From: an uncultured Actinomycetota bacterium
GTDB taxonomy: Bacteria; Actinomycetota; Aquicultoria; JACQXZ01; CAYGBL01
DNA length: 64,000 nt
Direction: 5' to 3'
Assembly: GCA_964348135.1 (NCBI GenBank)
Contig: CAYGBL010000001.1
Coordinates: 22-64,021, forward strand
The position numbers were made by a program, and so were the translations under genes. Positions within the stretch are counted from its first letter, which is position 1, and the number at the start of each line of letters is the position of its first letter. Positions 29,390 through 38,403 of the stretch are shown here, piece by piece. The notes beneath the pieces were generated by a model. The model saw only the letters and a program-made list of their open reading frames with translations. It was not told the origin of the DNA and made no database searches.

Positions 29390-30391
29390 TTATATATATT
29401 TTTCCAGGGCTTCGAGTTGATCAGGCGTCCCCATAACGACGAGCCTGTCACCTACTTCAATTAAAGTGTCAATAGAGGGATTAGCAAGTATTTCATGATC
29501 TTTTTTCTTTATAGCTAGCACTAATACACCAGCTTTATCACGGATGTTCGAATCTTTTATGGTTCGGCTGGATATAGTCGAATGGCTATTTATCTCAACT
29601 TCTTCAAGATTGAACTCAAGGTTTTCAGCATAGGTTACTATATCCAAGTAATCGGTAACCAACGGACGAAGTAAAAGCGAAGCCATTCGTCTGCCGGCAA
29701 TAAGGTATGGTGAGATTACTCGATTGGCTCCTGCTTTCCGCAATTTTTCGAAGGACTCTTCCTGACTGGCTCTTGCAACTATTAGTAAATCTGAGCTTAA
29801 TCCGCGCGCGGAAAGCGTAATAAATACATTATCAGGGTCAGAATCGCTGGCAGCTACAAGACCTCGTGCTTTTTCGATATTAGCCTTTTTAAGTGTCTCG
29901 TCGTCAGCAGCGTTTCCCTCTATGTAAATGTGTTCATCTTTACGGCAAGTTTCTAAGGAAGTTGGATTGTGGTCGACCACTACCAAGGGTACATTGGAAG
30001 CCTTCAGTTCTCTAGCTATTTGACGGCCAACTCTTCCATAACCGCAAATAATATAATGTTTTTCTAATTGGGTATATTTTCTTTCCATTGCTCTCCTTCC
30101 CATAAGGCCAAAGAAGTGACCTTCGACCATGAATTCTATCGCTGTTGCTAAAGTATAGGCAGCTGTGCAAATTCCTGCAAGAATAATAACCATAGTAAAT
30201 ATCTTCCCAAGATTTGTAAGGGGAGCTATTTCTCTAAATCCGACAGTAGATATAGTAATCAATGTCATGTAAAAGCTGTTAAGAAGCGTCCATCCTTCTA
30301 TGAAGCGGTAACCCACAGTGCCCAGAATAAGTATTAGGGCTATTCCGATTATGGCATATCTTAATCTTCGCAGAGTTTCAATAGCTTCCAT
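29390..30391 (-). CDS. Two-TM ion channel with RCK (TrkA-N/TrkA-C) domains; non-canonical selectivity filter
   Basis: Pore loop TISTVGFREIAP (canonical K+ filter is TVGYGD); cytoplasmic GYGRVGRQIAREL Rossmann (TrkA-N) and TrkA-C domains. Confidence 0.7.
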   Translation of the reverse strand: MEAIETLRRLRYAIIGIALILILGTVGYRFIEGWTLLNSFYMTLITISTVGFREIAPLTNLGKIFTMVIILAGICTAAYTLATAIEFMVEGHFFGLMGRRAMERKYTQLEKHYIICGYGRVGRQIARELKASNVPLVVVDHNPTSLETCRKDEHIYIEGNAADDETLKKANIEKARGLVAASDSDPDNVFITLSARGLSSDLLIVARASQEESFEKLRKAGANRVISPYLIAGRRMASLLLRPLVTDYLDIVTYAENLEFNLEEVEINSHSTISSRTIKDSNIRDKAGVLVLAIKKKDHEILANPSIDTLIEVGDRLVVMGTPDQLEALEKYI

Positions 30392-30522
30392 CTCTAATTA
30401 TATTTGTAAGTATTTTTAATAGATTATAGGAATCAAGAGGTCAGAGATTCAGGTTGCAAAATCTTTTAATTTTGTATTCACTTAAACTCTAGAATCCTCG
30501 ATCATTCTACTTTAAACTTTGA

Positions 30523-31086
30523 TTACATCTCCTTAATAGTTTCAAAATTGACTTCTTCAGATATTTCTAAAACCGCAATATAAGGAAGATTTCTGTAGAG
30601 TTGTTGGTAATCAAGTCCATATCCGACAACAAAAACATCAGGTAGTTCAAATCCTTTATAGTCTATGACAATGTCAACAATACGTCTAATGGACCTATCC
30701 AGCAAGGTGCAGATTTTGAGATTGGCTGGATTGCGCGATATAAGATTTTTTATAAGGTAGCCTAATGTGAGGCCAGTATCGATAATATCCTCGACTATAA
30801 GTATATTTCTGCCCTCGATACTTTCATCAAGGTCTTTTACTATTTTAACAACTCCGGCTTTGGTAGTAGTAGCACCGTAGCCTGATATGGCCATAAAGTC
30901 AATTGAGACAGGAATGTTTATGTATCGCAGAAGATCCGCTAAAAAAACAACGCCTCCTTTCAAAACATTGACTAGAAGGAGGTCTTTATCTTGATAATCT
31001 CTTGAGATTAAATTTCCGAGTTCCTTTACTTTTGCCTGGATTTCTTCTTCTGTGAATAGAATTTGGCCCAGGGATAGTATAGGCAT
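30523..31086 (-). CDS. hpt: Hypoxanthine phosphoribosyltransferase
   Basis: ILIVEDIIDTGLTL PRPP motif; HPRT family. Confidence 0.9.
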   Translation of the reverse strand: MPILSLGQILFTEEEIQAKVKELGNLISRDYQDKDLLLVNVLKGGVVFLADLLRYINIPVSIDFMAISGYGATTTKAGVVKIVKDLDESIEGRNILIVEDIIDTGLTLGYLIKNLISRNPANLKICTLLDRSIRRIVDIVIDYKGFELPDVFVVGYGLDYQQLYRNLPYIAVLEISEEVNFETIKEM

Positions 31087-31100
31087 TTAGGTGTCGCTTT

Positions 31101-31487
31101 CTATTTTATTAGTCCATATTTTTGCAGAAGCTTTTTAAAGTCTCGCTGGTAGAATATTTTTATTCTTATGTCAGGATAGAGCTCCCGCAAGCGGCGAACC
31201 TTTTTATTTTTCTTAGTAACCAACTTTTGGTTTAACGTAGTGAGCTCTATATAGAGATCAAGTTCAGGTAGGTAAAAATCTGGAGTAAAGCTCAGAATAA
31301 TATTTCCTTTGCGGTCCCATTCTAACGGGAAGGTTTTTGGTTCGTATTCCCATTTTATCTGATAAAAGTCCAGGATTTTAGCGCACTCTCGTTCAGAGGG
31401 ATGGGCAAATTTTATACTATCTATTTTGTTTTCCGGCAATATTTTTTCCTTTCTGCTCCTTTTCCACAATATGTTGTGTTTATTCAA
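31101..31487 (-). CDS. Hypothetical basic protein, possible PD-(D/E)xK nuclease-like fold
   Basis: 128 aa; ...ERE...PDFYLPELDLYIELT..K arrangement reminiscent of restriction-endonuclease-like motif; no confident family assignment. Confidence 0.35.
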   Translation of the reverse strand: MNKHNILWKRSRKEKILPENKIDSIKFAHPSERECAKILDFYQIKWEYEPKTFPLEWDRKGNIILSFTPDFYLPELDLYIELTTLNQKLVTKKNKKVRRLRELYPDIRIKIFYQRDFKKLLQKYGLIK

Positions 31488-31626
31488 TGATTTTATGCAA
31501 CATCCTGCTTATTTTGTCAAGTATTTAAAGGATTAAACTAGGAAAAACAGAAAACTACTATACAAATTATCACAATACCCAAGCAGAGACTTGCTAAACT
31601 AACGTATATTCCAGAGGTTTGTTACT

Positions 31627-32079
31627 GTGAGTTGGAGTCTGTGTAAATTTCATATTATGTTGATGATAGTCGGATACGTGCTCTTTCTAGCTTCAGCTGT
31701 AGGTAGTACGATCTATCTAATATTAAGGCGCTATAATTGGAAAGACAAGCTGGAAGAACTGCGAAAGGCTATACTCTCCACCAGAGAAACTCAGAGCCGT
31801 GTTTATTTAGGTGCGGGTTTCGTATTTCTAACTTTGGGATTGCTAGTCGGAACTTTCCAGGCTAAAAGAGTATGGGCAAACTATTGGAATTGGGACTCCA
31901 AACAGGTTGGCTCTCTTATTATCTGGTTATTCTACGGGACCCTTAATTTTGCTTCCCTTAGATTCCCCAAGAGCGAGCGGCGAGGGCTTATTATTGCTAT
32001 TTTCTCTATTGTTGGAATTCTACTAATGGGACTTAATTATCTACTGCCACTTATGCTCAGGACTTCTCACCGCTTCTAA
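31627..32079 (+). CDS. Small cytochrome-c-assembly (CcsA/ResC-like WWD-domain) membrane protein
   Basis: 4 TM; WANYWNWDSKQVGSLIIWLFY matches the tryptophan-rich WWD heme-handling motif (W..YW.WDPKE...L..W). Confidence 0.5.
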   Translation: MSWSLCKFHIMLMIVGYVLFLASAVGSTIYLILRRYNWKDKLEELRKAILSTRETQSRVYLGAGFVFLTLGLLVGTFQAKRVWANYWNWDSKQVGSLIIWLFYGTLNFASLRFPKSERRGLIIAIFSIVGILLMGLNYLLPLMLRTSHRF

Positions 32080-32548
32080 AAACTTGATCCAGCCTTTCCT
32101 CGATATGTTGCCAGTGAGTTCCTTGCCAGTAGTACCGCCCACAACGGGGACACTTGGTAAAATTTTTCTGAGTGGCATAAACATATTCGGGTACATAATC
32201 CTTAACGGCTCTTTTTTCAACCAATTCGACAGGAATGTTGCAAATGGCACAATAAGGATTTCTATTGGCTCTAGTTATCTGTAAATCTTGAGCAAGCTGC
32301 TTGAGTTGGTCGTCCAATGTATCCTGGTTGATAAATATGGCTTTTGTTCTTCCTTTTTTAATCTCCCTCCTTTGCATTAAACCTGTATCTCTGGTGATGA
32401 TAATCCTGCCCTCCTCTCTAGCTATACGTAGAAGTTCTCTATCTTCAATCTCGCTGCTATAAAAGGTATCAAACCCTAAAAGACGAAGCCACTTTGCTAG
32501 ACGTCCCAGCATTTGATCAACAATAAACCTATATTTTTGCGTTGGCAT
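32057..32548 (-). CDS. Mut7-C RNase-domain protein (DUF82)
   Basis: FIVDQMLGRLAKWLRLLGFD N-terminal PIN-like signature and C-terminal Zn ribbon (CAICN...CPRCGRYYW) typical of Mut7-C family; 23-bp convergent overlap with 31627..32079. Confidence 0.75.
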   Translation of the reverse strand: MPTQKYRFIVDQMLGRLAKWLRLLGFDTFYSSEIEDRELLRIAREEGRIIITRDTGLMQRREIKKGRTKAIFINQDTLDDQLKQLAQDLQITRANRNPYCAICNIPVELVEKRAVKDYVPEYVYATQKNFTKCPRCGRYYWQGTHWQHIEERLDQVFRSGEKS

Positions 32549-32580
32549 GGCGAGAATTTAAAAAATGTCTTAGTCTAGGA

Positions 32581-33291
32581 TTATACGTTACGAAGGTGCA
32601 TCTGCAGGGAATTTTTAAGAACCAGATGTTTGAGTTGTCGGGATCTATCTAGTAATTCAGCCAGAGTTTGAGCTGCTTTTTTTCTGCTTTCCGGGCTTTT
32701 TTGTTTTAAAGAGGGAAGCAATATCTGTTCAAAAAAGACTGCTTCTCTTTCCGCAAAGAGTTGATACATTCTTAAATGACGAGGTTGTATTCCGAAATGA
32801 GCAAGTTCCTTGCTCAGTCGCATTATCTCTACATCTGTTGCACTGTATATCTTTCCTTCGGATGTCTCTTTAGGGTGTATCAATCCAAATGCCTCAAGCT
32901 CATTTAGTTCATTTTGCGATAAACCAGTGATTTCTAAGGCAGTATCTAAGGGGAGATTTCTAGGAAGTTCCATTCCTTGTTTTCTCCCTCGTGTTTCTGT
33001 TTCTTGCTGGAGTTCGCGCTCAACCTGAGTTTGATTTTCGTCTTCCAATCTCTGTTTAATAACATTTAAGGGAAGGTATTTTTCCTTTTGGAGTTTCAGT
33101 ATAAGACGAAGCTTTTGTACATCGCTAGGTGAGAACTTACGGTATCCCCCGGAGGTTCGGTAAGGTTTAATAAGACCTTCATTTTCCAGAAAACGTACTT
33201 TGCTTATACTTAGATCATCAAACTCCTCTCGCAGCTTTGAAACTACCTCACCAATAGTAAGGTATTTTTTTTCAGTAATCATAAGCCTCAC
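32581..33291 (-). CDS. MerR-family transcriptional regulator (two HTH-like segments)
   Basis: N-terminal MerR HTH (YLTIGEVVSKL...VRFLENEGLIKP...GGYRKFSPSDVQKLRLILKLQ), second MerR-like helix region; pairs with downstream FHA gene as in GarA/MerR arrangements. Confidence 0.7.
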   Translation of the reverse strand: MRLMITEKKYLTIGEVVSKLREEFDDLSISKVRFLENEGLIKPYRTSGGYRKFSPSDVQKLRLILKLQKEKYLPLNVIKQRLEDENQTQVERELQQETETRGRKQGMELPRNLPLDTALEITGLSQNELNELEAFGLIHPKETSEGKIYSATDVEIMRLSKELAHFGIQPRHLRMYQLFAEREAVFFEQILLPSLKQKSPESRKKAAQTLAELLDRSRQLKHLVLKNSLQMHLRNV

Positions 33292-33345
33292 CTCTGGTAC
33301 TATCTGTTATTGAAATTAATGGCCCATTACTGATTATAAACCGTT

Positions 33346-33807
33346 CTATGGCCCTGTTTTGCTAAAGAATACTAATTTAAATTTTCCGATCTGAATTTCG
33401 TCTCCACTTTTAAGAATCTCTTTCTCAATTCGCTTTGAGTTAAGATAAGTGCCATTTAAACTGCCCAAATCAGAAAGAAAGAATGATTTACCCTCCTGAG
33501 TGATTTTCGCGTGTGTGCGCGATACAGTGATATCATTTAAAAAAATATCACTTTTAGGATCCCTGCCCAGGTCAATCTCCTCTTTGAAAAAGGGAAACTT
33601 TTCTCCTGGATTAGGACCTTTCTTAACGACTAATAGAGTTCCTTCTTCAGGAGCCTCAGGAGCTATAGCAATTTCTTCCTCTTCCTGCTCAACAGGAGCA
33701 AACGAAATAGTATCTTCAAGCTCGGATTCAGTAAGTTTTGACCCACATAGATTACAGAATTTACTACCTTCTTCGTTTTGATTTCCACATTGAGGACAAA
33801 TAATCAT
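33346..33807 (-). CDS. FHA-domain protein with N-terminal zinc ribbon
   Basis: ICPQCGNQN...CNLCG Zn-ribbon; C-terminal FHA (GRDPKSDIFLNDITVSRTHAKI...SLNGTYLN). Confidence 0.8.
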   Translation of the reverse strand: MIICPQCGNQNEEGSKFCNLCGSKLTESELEDTISFAPVEQEEEEIAIAPEAPEEGTLLVVKKGPNPGEKFPFFKEEIDLGRDPKSDIFLNDITVSRTHAKITQEGKSFFLSDLGSLNGTYLNSKRIEKEILKSGDEIQIGKFKLVFFSKTGP

Positions 33808-33820
33808 AGCATCTATCCAC

Positions 33821-34093
33821 TTATTCTTTAAAGGTGAAATCCTGTGTTTTAAAAGCTTTATTGAGCTGATCTTCTACAACTTCTATTATTTGAGGGTTTT
33901 CCATAACGCGAGTTACTTTCTCTTCGTTAAGCCGGTTGCGTACATAAGGGTCCTGTAAAATTACTCTAAGATTTCTTCCCTGATGAAGCTCTCGTATCAC
34001 ATAATTGATAACTCTTTCCTCTACAATGTCTTCGCTTAAATCTTCGAAAAAATCTCTCAAGAGTTTTTTGAAACGAGCTTCTTTTTCTGCCAT
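33821..34093 (-). CDS. Hypothetical protein (90 aa)
   Basis: ORF with no recognisable motifs; co-directional with FHA/MerR genes. Confidence 0.35.
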   Translation of the reverse strand: MAEKEARFKKLLRDFFEDLSEDIVEERVINYVIRELHQGRNLRVILQDPYVRNRLNEEKVTRVMENPQIIEVVEDQLNKAFKTQDFTFKE

Positions 34094-34382
34094 TGAACTA
34101 CCACCTCAAAATAATGTAATCCTTAACTTAAGATTCAATTTCTAAAAGAAAATTCCTTCTGCTAAGCACCATGAAGCTATAATTTTTCTTAAGATTTTCT
34201 CTCTTTTTGTAAATAAAGAGTTTAACTCTTTTTGTGTCTAGCTGCAACATTATCTAGCCAAAAATAAGTGTATAGTATAAATTTACCTTCTTACAGTAAG
34301 CCAATGCGTTTTTATCTAATTAAACAAGTAAACGCATAACTCTTATAGATATGGAAAAATCTATGATATTATCTATTGGAAT

Positions 34383-34643
34383 TTACTTCCCTCCTTTAGC
34401 TAGAATCTCACTAAGGCGCTGAATATCCCTGCTGGAAATAGCACTCCTTCCCTCTTCCCTGCTGCCCTTTAACCTTTCCACTAATTCAGCTCGGATAATA
34501 TCTATCTTTCCATGCAGTATCCTTCTTTGGTAAGATATCTGCTCCTCTTCAGCATACAGCTTATCCAAGATTTCCCGCAGTTCCTGATCACTTTTTTGGT
34601 GGAGATTAACAAGCACATCTTCATTTACATCGAAATCATCCAT
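34383..34643 (-). CDS. Hypothetical coiled-coil protein (86 aa)
   Basis: ORF; charged helical sequence; no family assigned. Confidence 0.35.
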   Translation of the reverse strand: MDDFDVNEDVLVNLHQKSDQELREILDKLYAEEEQISYQRRILHGKIDIIRAELVERLKGSREEGRSAISSRDIQRLSEILAKGGK

Positions 34644-34776
34644 ATATTGCCCCTTTCTTAAGATAGCGGATAGCTTAACGATACAGGTTGCTTGATGTAA
34701 AAATTAATGACCGTAACCAGTACGATAGCCTAAAAATCAGAAGCTTTTATTCTCATTTCAACGTTATTGCAGGATT

Positions 34777-35574
34777 TTAAGTAATTCTCTCCGAGTGCGT
34801 ATATACATTCATACGGTGGCCACGCGCAAAACCAACAAGGGTAATTCCAAGTTCTTTGGCTATTTGAATAGCAAGACTTGTGGGAGCAGCTCTCGAGACT
34901 ATTAATGGCACACTTCTCTTTGCTACTTTAAGGACAATCTCTGAAGAGATGCGTCCGCTGCTTAATATAACCTTATCTTGGACTGGAAGGCGTCTCACCA
35001 TACATTCACCAAAGATTTTATCGATAGCATTGTGTCTACCTACATCCTCGGTAACGATTTCTAACTTATCCGGAGAGGCCAGAGCGCAAGAATGAACTCC
35101 GCCAGTAGTTTTAAATAACTCAGATTTAATTTGAAGCTCTTTCATCAAATTGAGAGCTTGCTGGCTGGCTATACTAATTTTACTGTCTATTTTTTGAGCT
35201 TTTAGTGAATCTATAACATTATAAAAAATAGTACCCTTGCCACATCCGGAGGTTATAGTGCGTTTTTCAAAGAAGGTTGAAGCAAGTGATGGTACATTTT
35301 GACACTTTATATAGATTATTCCCCGCTCCCTATCAAGTCGGGTAGAGATAATGTTGGAGGCATCTTCAAGTAACCCCTCAGATGAGAGAAATCCGAAAGC
35401 AAGATATTCAAGCTTACAAGGTGAACACAAAAGAGTTACTAATTCAGTATCATTAAGATAAATAGTTAGGCAATATTCTTCTACTACTCTGTCTTGCGTA
35501 TCTTCTCTCTTGTCTGTTGATATCTTTGTGATAGGAACCCATACTATGGCTTCCTGTTCATTATCTTGTTCCAA
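34777..35574 (-). CDS. fdhD: Formate dehydrogenase accessory sulfurtransferase FdhD
   Basis: SCALASPD...VGRHNAIDKIFG motif with catalytic Cys loop; FdhD length. Confidence 0.8.
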   Translation of the reverse strand: MEQDNEQEAIVWVPITKISTDKREDTQDRVVEEYCLTIYLNDTELVTLLCSPCKLEYLAFGFLSSEGLLEDASNIISTRLDRERGIIYIKCQNVPSLASTFFEKRTITSGCGKGTIFYNVIDSLKAQKIDSKISIASQQALNLMKELQIKSELFKTTGGVHSCALASPDKLEIVTEDVGRHNAIDKIFGECMVRRLPVQDKVILSSGRISSEIVLKVAKRSVPLIVSRAAPTSLAIQIAKELGITLVGFARGHRMNVYTHSERIT

Positions 35575-35708
35575 TTATCCTCCTTTAAGAATAAGATAAC
35601 AGTAATTTTTGTGATAATCAATCGAAGTAGCCCGCACGTAATGTATCATGTATTTGCCATTAGATAATTGAGACTTAAAGGATGAGTCTGTCTTACCAAA
35701 ATTTTAAT

Positions 35709-36878
35709 TCAACTAAAAAACCTTTGCAGATAGCTAAAGATGTTCGAGATCGACCTTGATATCTTGCTAATTATTGTTGGTTTTTTGATATCCTTTGCTG
35801 CTACAAGCTCTATTATTCCCATTACTGAATCCCCATTTTTATATGTTATATCTCCCAGAACCTGGCCTTTTCTGATAGGTAATGGTGAGTGTTTGATTAT
35901 GTTTATTTCTTTGTGTAGTTTTTTAGAGTCCTTTTCAACAGTTGCGTAGAGCGATTTGGAAGCAATCAGAGGAGTTTTTTCTTCACTTTCGAAATCAGAA
36001 TAGACTCCATAACTCTTACCCTTTTCAATCAGTTTTATCCTTGAATAGTTATTAAATCCGTAGTCAAGAAGGAGTGCACTTTCATTATAGAGAGTCTGTG
36101 AATTAGAAGCGTTGAGTATCACCGATATTAGCTTTAGACCATCTTTACTGGCAGAACCTACAAGGCAATAGCCTGCCTCTCTGGTATATCCCGTTTTAAC
36201 ACCGGTAGCATAAGGATAGATGCTTAATAATTTGTTGTGGTTTTGGCATACTCTGGGAAAGGGATTATTGGGCCAATCTATAATATGCTCTCTAGTTTGA
36301 ACGATCCTGGCGAAGAGCGGATTTTTAAGAGCATAGCGGGTTATCAGAGCTATATCATAGGCTGTAGAGTAATGGTTGCCATCTTTGAGGCCGTGCGGGT
36401 TGGTAAAATTTGTATCTTTTGCTCCCAATTGACGAGCTTTTTGATTCATGAGAGTTGCGAAAGCTTCAACCGAACCGCCTGTCTTTTCAGCAAGCGCATT
36501 AGCGGCGTCGTTTGCCGATCGAAGAATTAACCCATATAGTAGTTCTTCAACTGTTCTCTCTTCTCCGGGAGAAAGATAGAGCTCTGACTCTCCGGCATCA
36601 GAAGCTCTTTGACTTATTTCTACTTTATCATCTAGCTTAAGTCTTTCCAGAACCAAAACTGCTGTCATTATCTTTGTTGTGCTGGCAATGGGCCGTCTCT
36701 CTCTTGAATTCTTTTCCCACAGGATGCGACCACTATGCGCATCTATCAAAATAGCTGAAGACGAGGTAATTGGCAGATATTTTACTTCTGCTTGTGCCAG
36801 ACAATAGTTTGGAAAGAGAAGAAAAAATGCCAGCACTAAGAATACGATTTTTAAAGAATAATTTTTTAAGAGAAACAT
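35709..36878 (-). CDS. D-alanyl-D-alanine carboxypeptidase (PBP5/DacA-DacF family)
   Basis: Signal peptide; SxxK (ASTTKIMTA), SxN (SANDAAN), KTG (VKTGYT) motifs plus C-terminal PBP5_C-like domain. Confidence 0.9.
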   Translation of the reverse strand: MFLLKNYSLKIVFLVLAFFLLFPNYCLAQAEVKYLPITSSSAILIDAHSGRILWEKNSRERRPIASTTKIMTAVLVLERLKLDDKVEISQRASDAGESELYLSPGEERTVEELLYGLILRSANDAANALAEKTGGSVEAFATLMNQKARQLGAKDTNFTNPHGLKDGNHYSTAYDIALITRYALKNPLFARIVQTREHIIDWPNNPFPRVCQNHNKLLSIYPYATGVKTGYTREAGYCLVGSASKDGLKLISVILNASNSQTLYNESALLLDYGFNNYSRIKLIEKGKSYGVYSDFESEEKTPLIASKSLYATVEKDSKKLHKEINIIKHSPLPIRKGQVLGDITYKNGDSVMGIIELVAAKDIKKPTIISKISRSISNIFSYLQRFFS

Positions 36879-36940
36879 TTCAGTGGGCTAAATTTGTATT
36901 TCGATTATATTAGCTGAGCGATTTTTTATTTTGAAACTTT

Positions 36941-37177
36941 TTAGTTTTGATCTTCAAGATTATTCTGCACTTTTTTTATGCTTTGCCGCTCTTTGTTTAA
37001 CTCAGATTTCTCTATTCTAACAGAAATTGATAGTATGTCACCCTCTTTACAATTTCGGGGCAAAAGTTTGCTTGGTAAAACTATAATCTCTTTCCCTTTT
37101 TCCAGAATAACGATAGCTCTGTCGTTTTCAAAACGGTCTAAATAAGCTTTCATCAAGAAGCTCCTATTCTTAAGCAA
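36941..37177 (-). CDS. DUF3006-like small protein
   Basis: MKAYLDRFENDRAIVIL...LPRNCKEGDIL pattern typical of DUF3006; 8-bp overlap with upstream DagK gene. Confidence 0.5.
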   Translation of the reverse strand: MLKNRSFLMKAYLDRFENDRAIVILEKGKEIIVLPSKLLPRNCKEGDILSISVRIEKSELNKERQSIKKVQNNLEDQN

Positions 37178-38063
37178 CTATAACCTTTAATGCGTGAGGT
37201 TTGAGATGGATATCAAACTTGCTGTTCTTCATAACTTCACCTTCCATATGAAAATAATAGTCAGGGACAGTTAATTTAATTCTAGTTGCTTTTCCACTGT
37301 ATATCTTCGATAAGTTCATGTGTTTACCGGCGATGATTAATGGCAGATAATAAAAGGTAAGCCAGATGCTTATGTCACCGACAATACAGAAATCTAGCAA
37401 ACCGTCATCAATTTTCGCATTCGGGCATATTTTCATTCCACCGCCGTAAGTTGAACCATTGGTTACTGCAACCAGCCAGGCTTTCGTTGAAATTTGAGAA
37501 CCGTCAAACTCCAACTTGATTTCATTTCTTTTGAATCGAACAAGCATTTTGAGCACGGCAAAGAGATAAGGCCAGATTCCGCGAAACGGATACTTGTAAG
37601 ACATCAATTCCTTTGCTACTGCAGCATCAAAACCTGAGCCCGTAGCATTGATAAAATACCTGTCATTGGCAATACCGACATCAACCTCTTTTAGTTTACG
37701 TTGTATGATACAGTGGCAAGCTGTATTCCAGTTTTTAGGAAGAGAGAGGGTCCTGGCGCAGTCGTTTCCGAAACCGCAAGGAATGATGCCCATGGCTGTT
37801 GAGCTTCCAACTAAACCGTTTACTACTTCATTTACTGTTCCATCTCCACCCACGGCAACTACTGTTTTATATCCTGCGATTGAAGCCTTCCTGGACAGAC
37901 TTGTAGCTTCCCCTTTCTCTCCCGTAATCCGTATTTTGAAATTGAGATTATGGGTGTGAAAAAAGTTTTCAATGTGTGGCGCAAGCTTTAGAGCCCTGCC
38001 CCTACCGGCAAGGGGATTGATAATAATAAACAAGGATTTTTCATCTAATTCTGTGGTTTGCAT
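37170..38063 (-). CDS. Diacylglycerol/lipid kinase (DagK/YegS family)
   Basis: IINPLAGRG and VAVGGDGTVNEVVNGL DAGK_cat motifs. Confidence 0.85.
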   Translation of the reverse strand: MQTTELDEKSLFIIINPLAGRGRALKLAPHIENFFHTHNLNFKIRITGEKGEATSLSRKASIAGYKTVVAVGGDGTVNEVVNGLVGSSTAMGIIPCGFGNDCARTLSLPKNWNTACHCIIQRKLKEVDVGIANDRYFINATGSGFDAAVAKELMSYKYPFRGIWPYLFAVLKMLVRFKRNEIKLEFDGSQISTKAWLVAVTNGSTYGGGMKICPNAKIDDGLLDFCIVGDISIWLTFYYLPLIIAGKHMNLSKIYSGKATRIKLTVPDYYFHMEGEVMKNSKFDIHLKPHALKVIVA

Positions 38064-38403
38064 ATGAAATTTACCATATTTTTTCCATAATTTTAACTTT
38101 ACATATTGACTTTTTAAAGCGTGATGCTATTATTGAATAGTCCCAAGAAGCAAGTAGGGAAACCCTTCGGGGAAGTAGCCGAAAGTTTCTTGGGACCTTC
38201 TTTTTATAGTAATTACAAGTTTTAAGTTGCGTGTTTCGAGTTTTGTTGCAGGTTTATTTAATTATAGGTTATTGTTCCTCACTGCAATCACTAGGTCGCC
38301 CGAACTTTAAGACTGTGATATCCAAATTTCAAATCCCAGCTACTGACTCTTGACTAACTCTTTTCCATTTATAGCTACCAGCCATAAACTAATAGTTGCT
38401 TCC

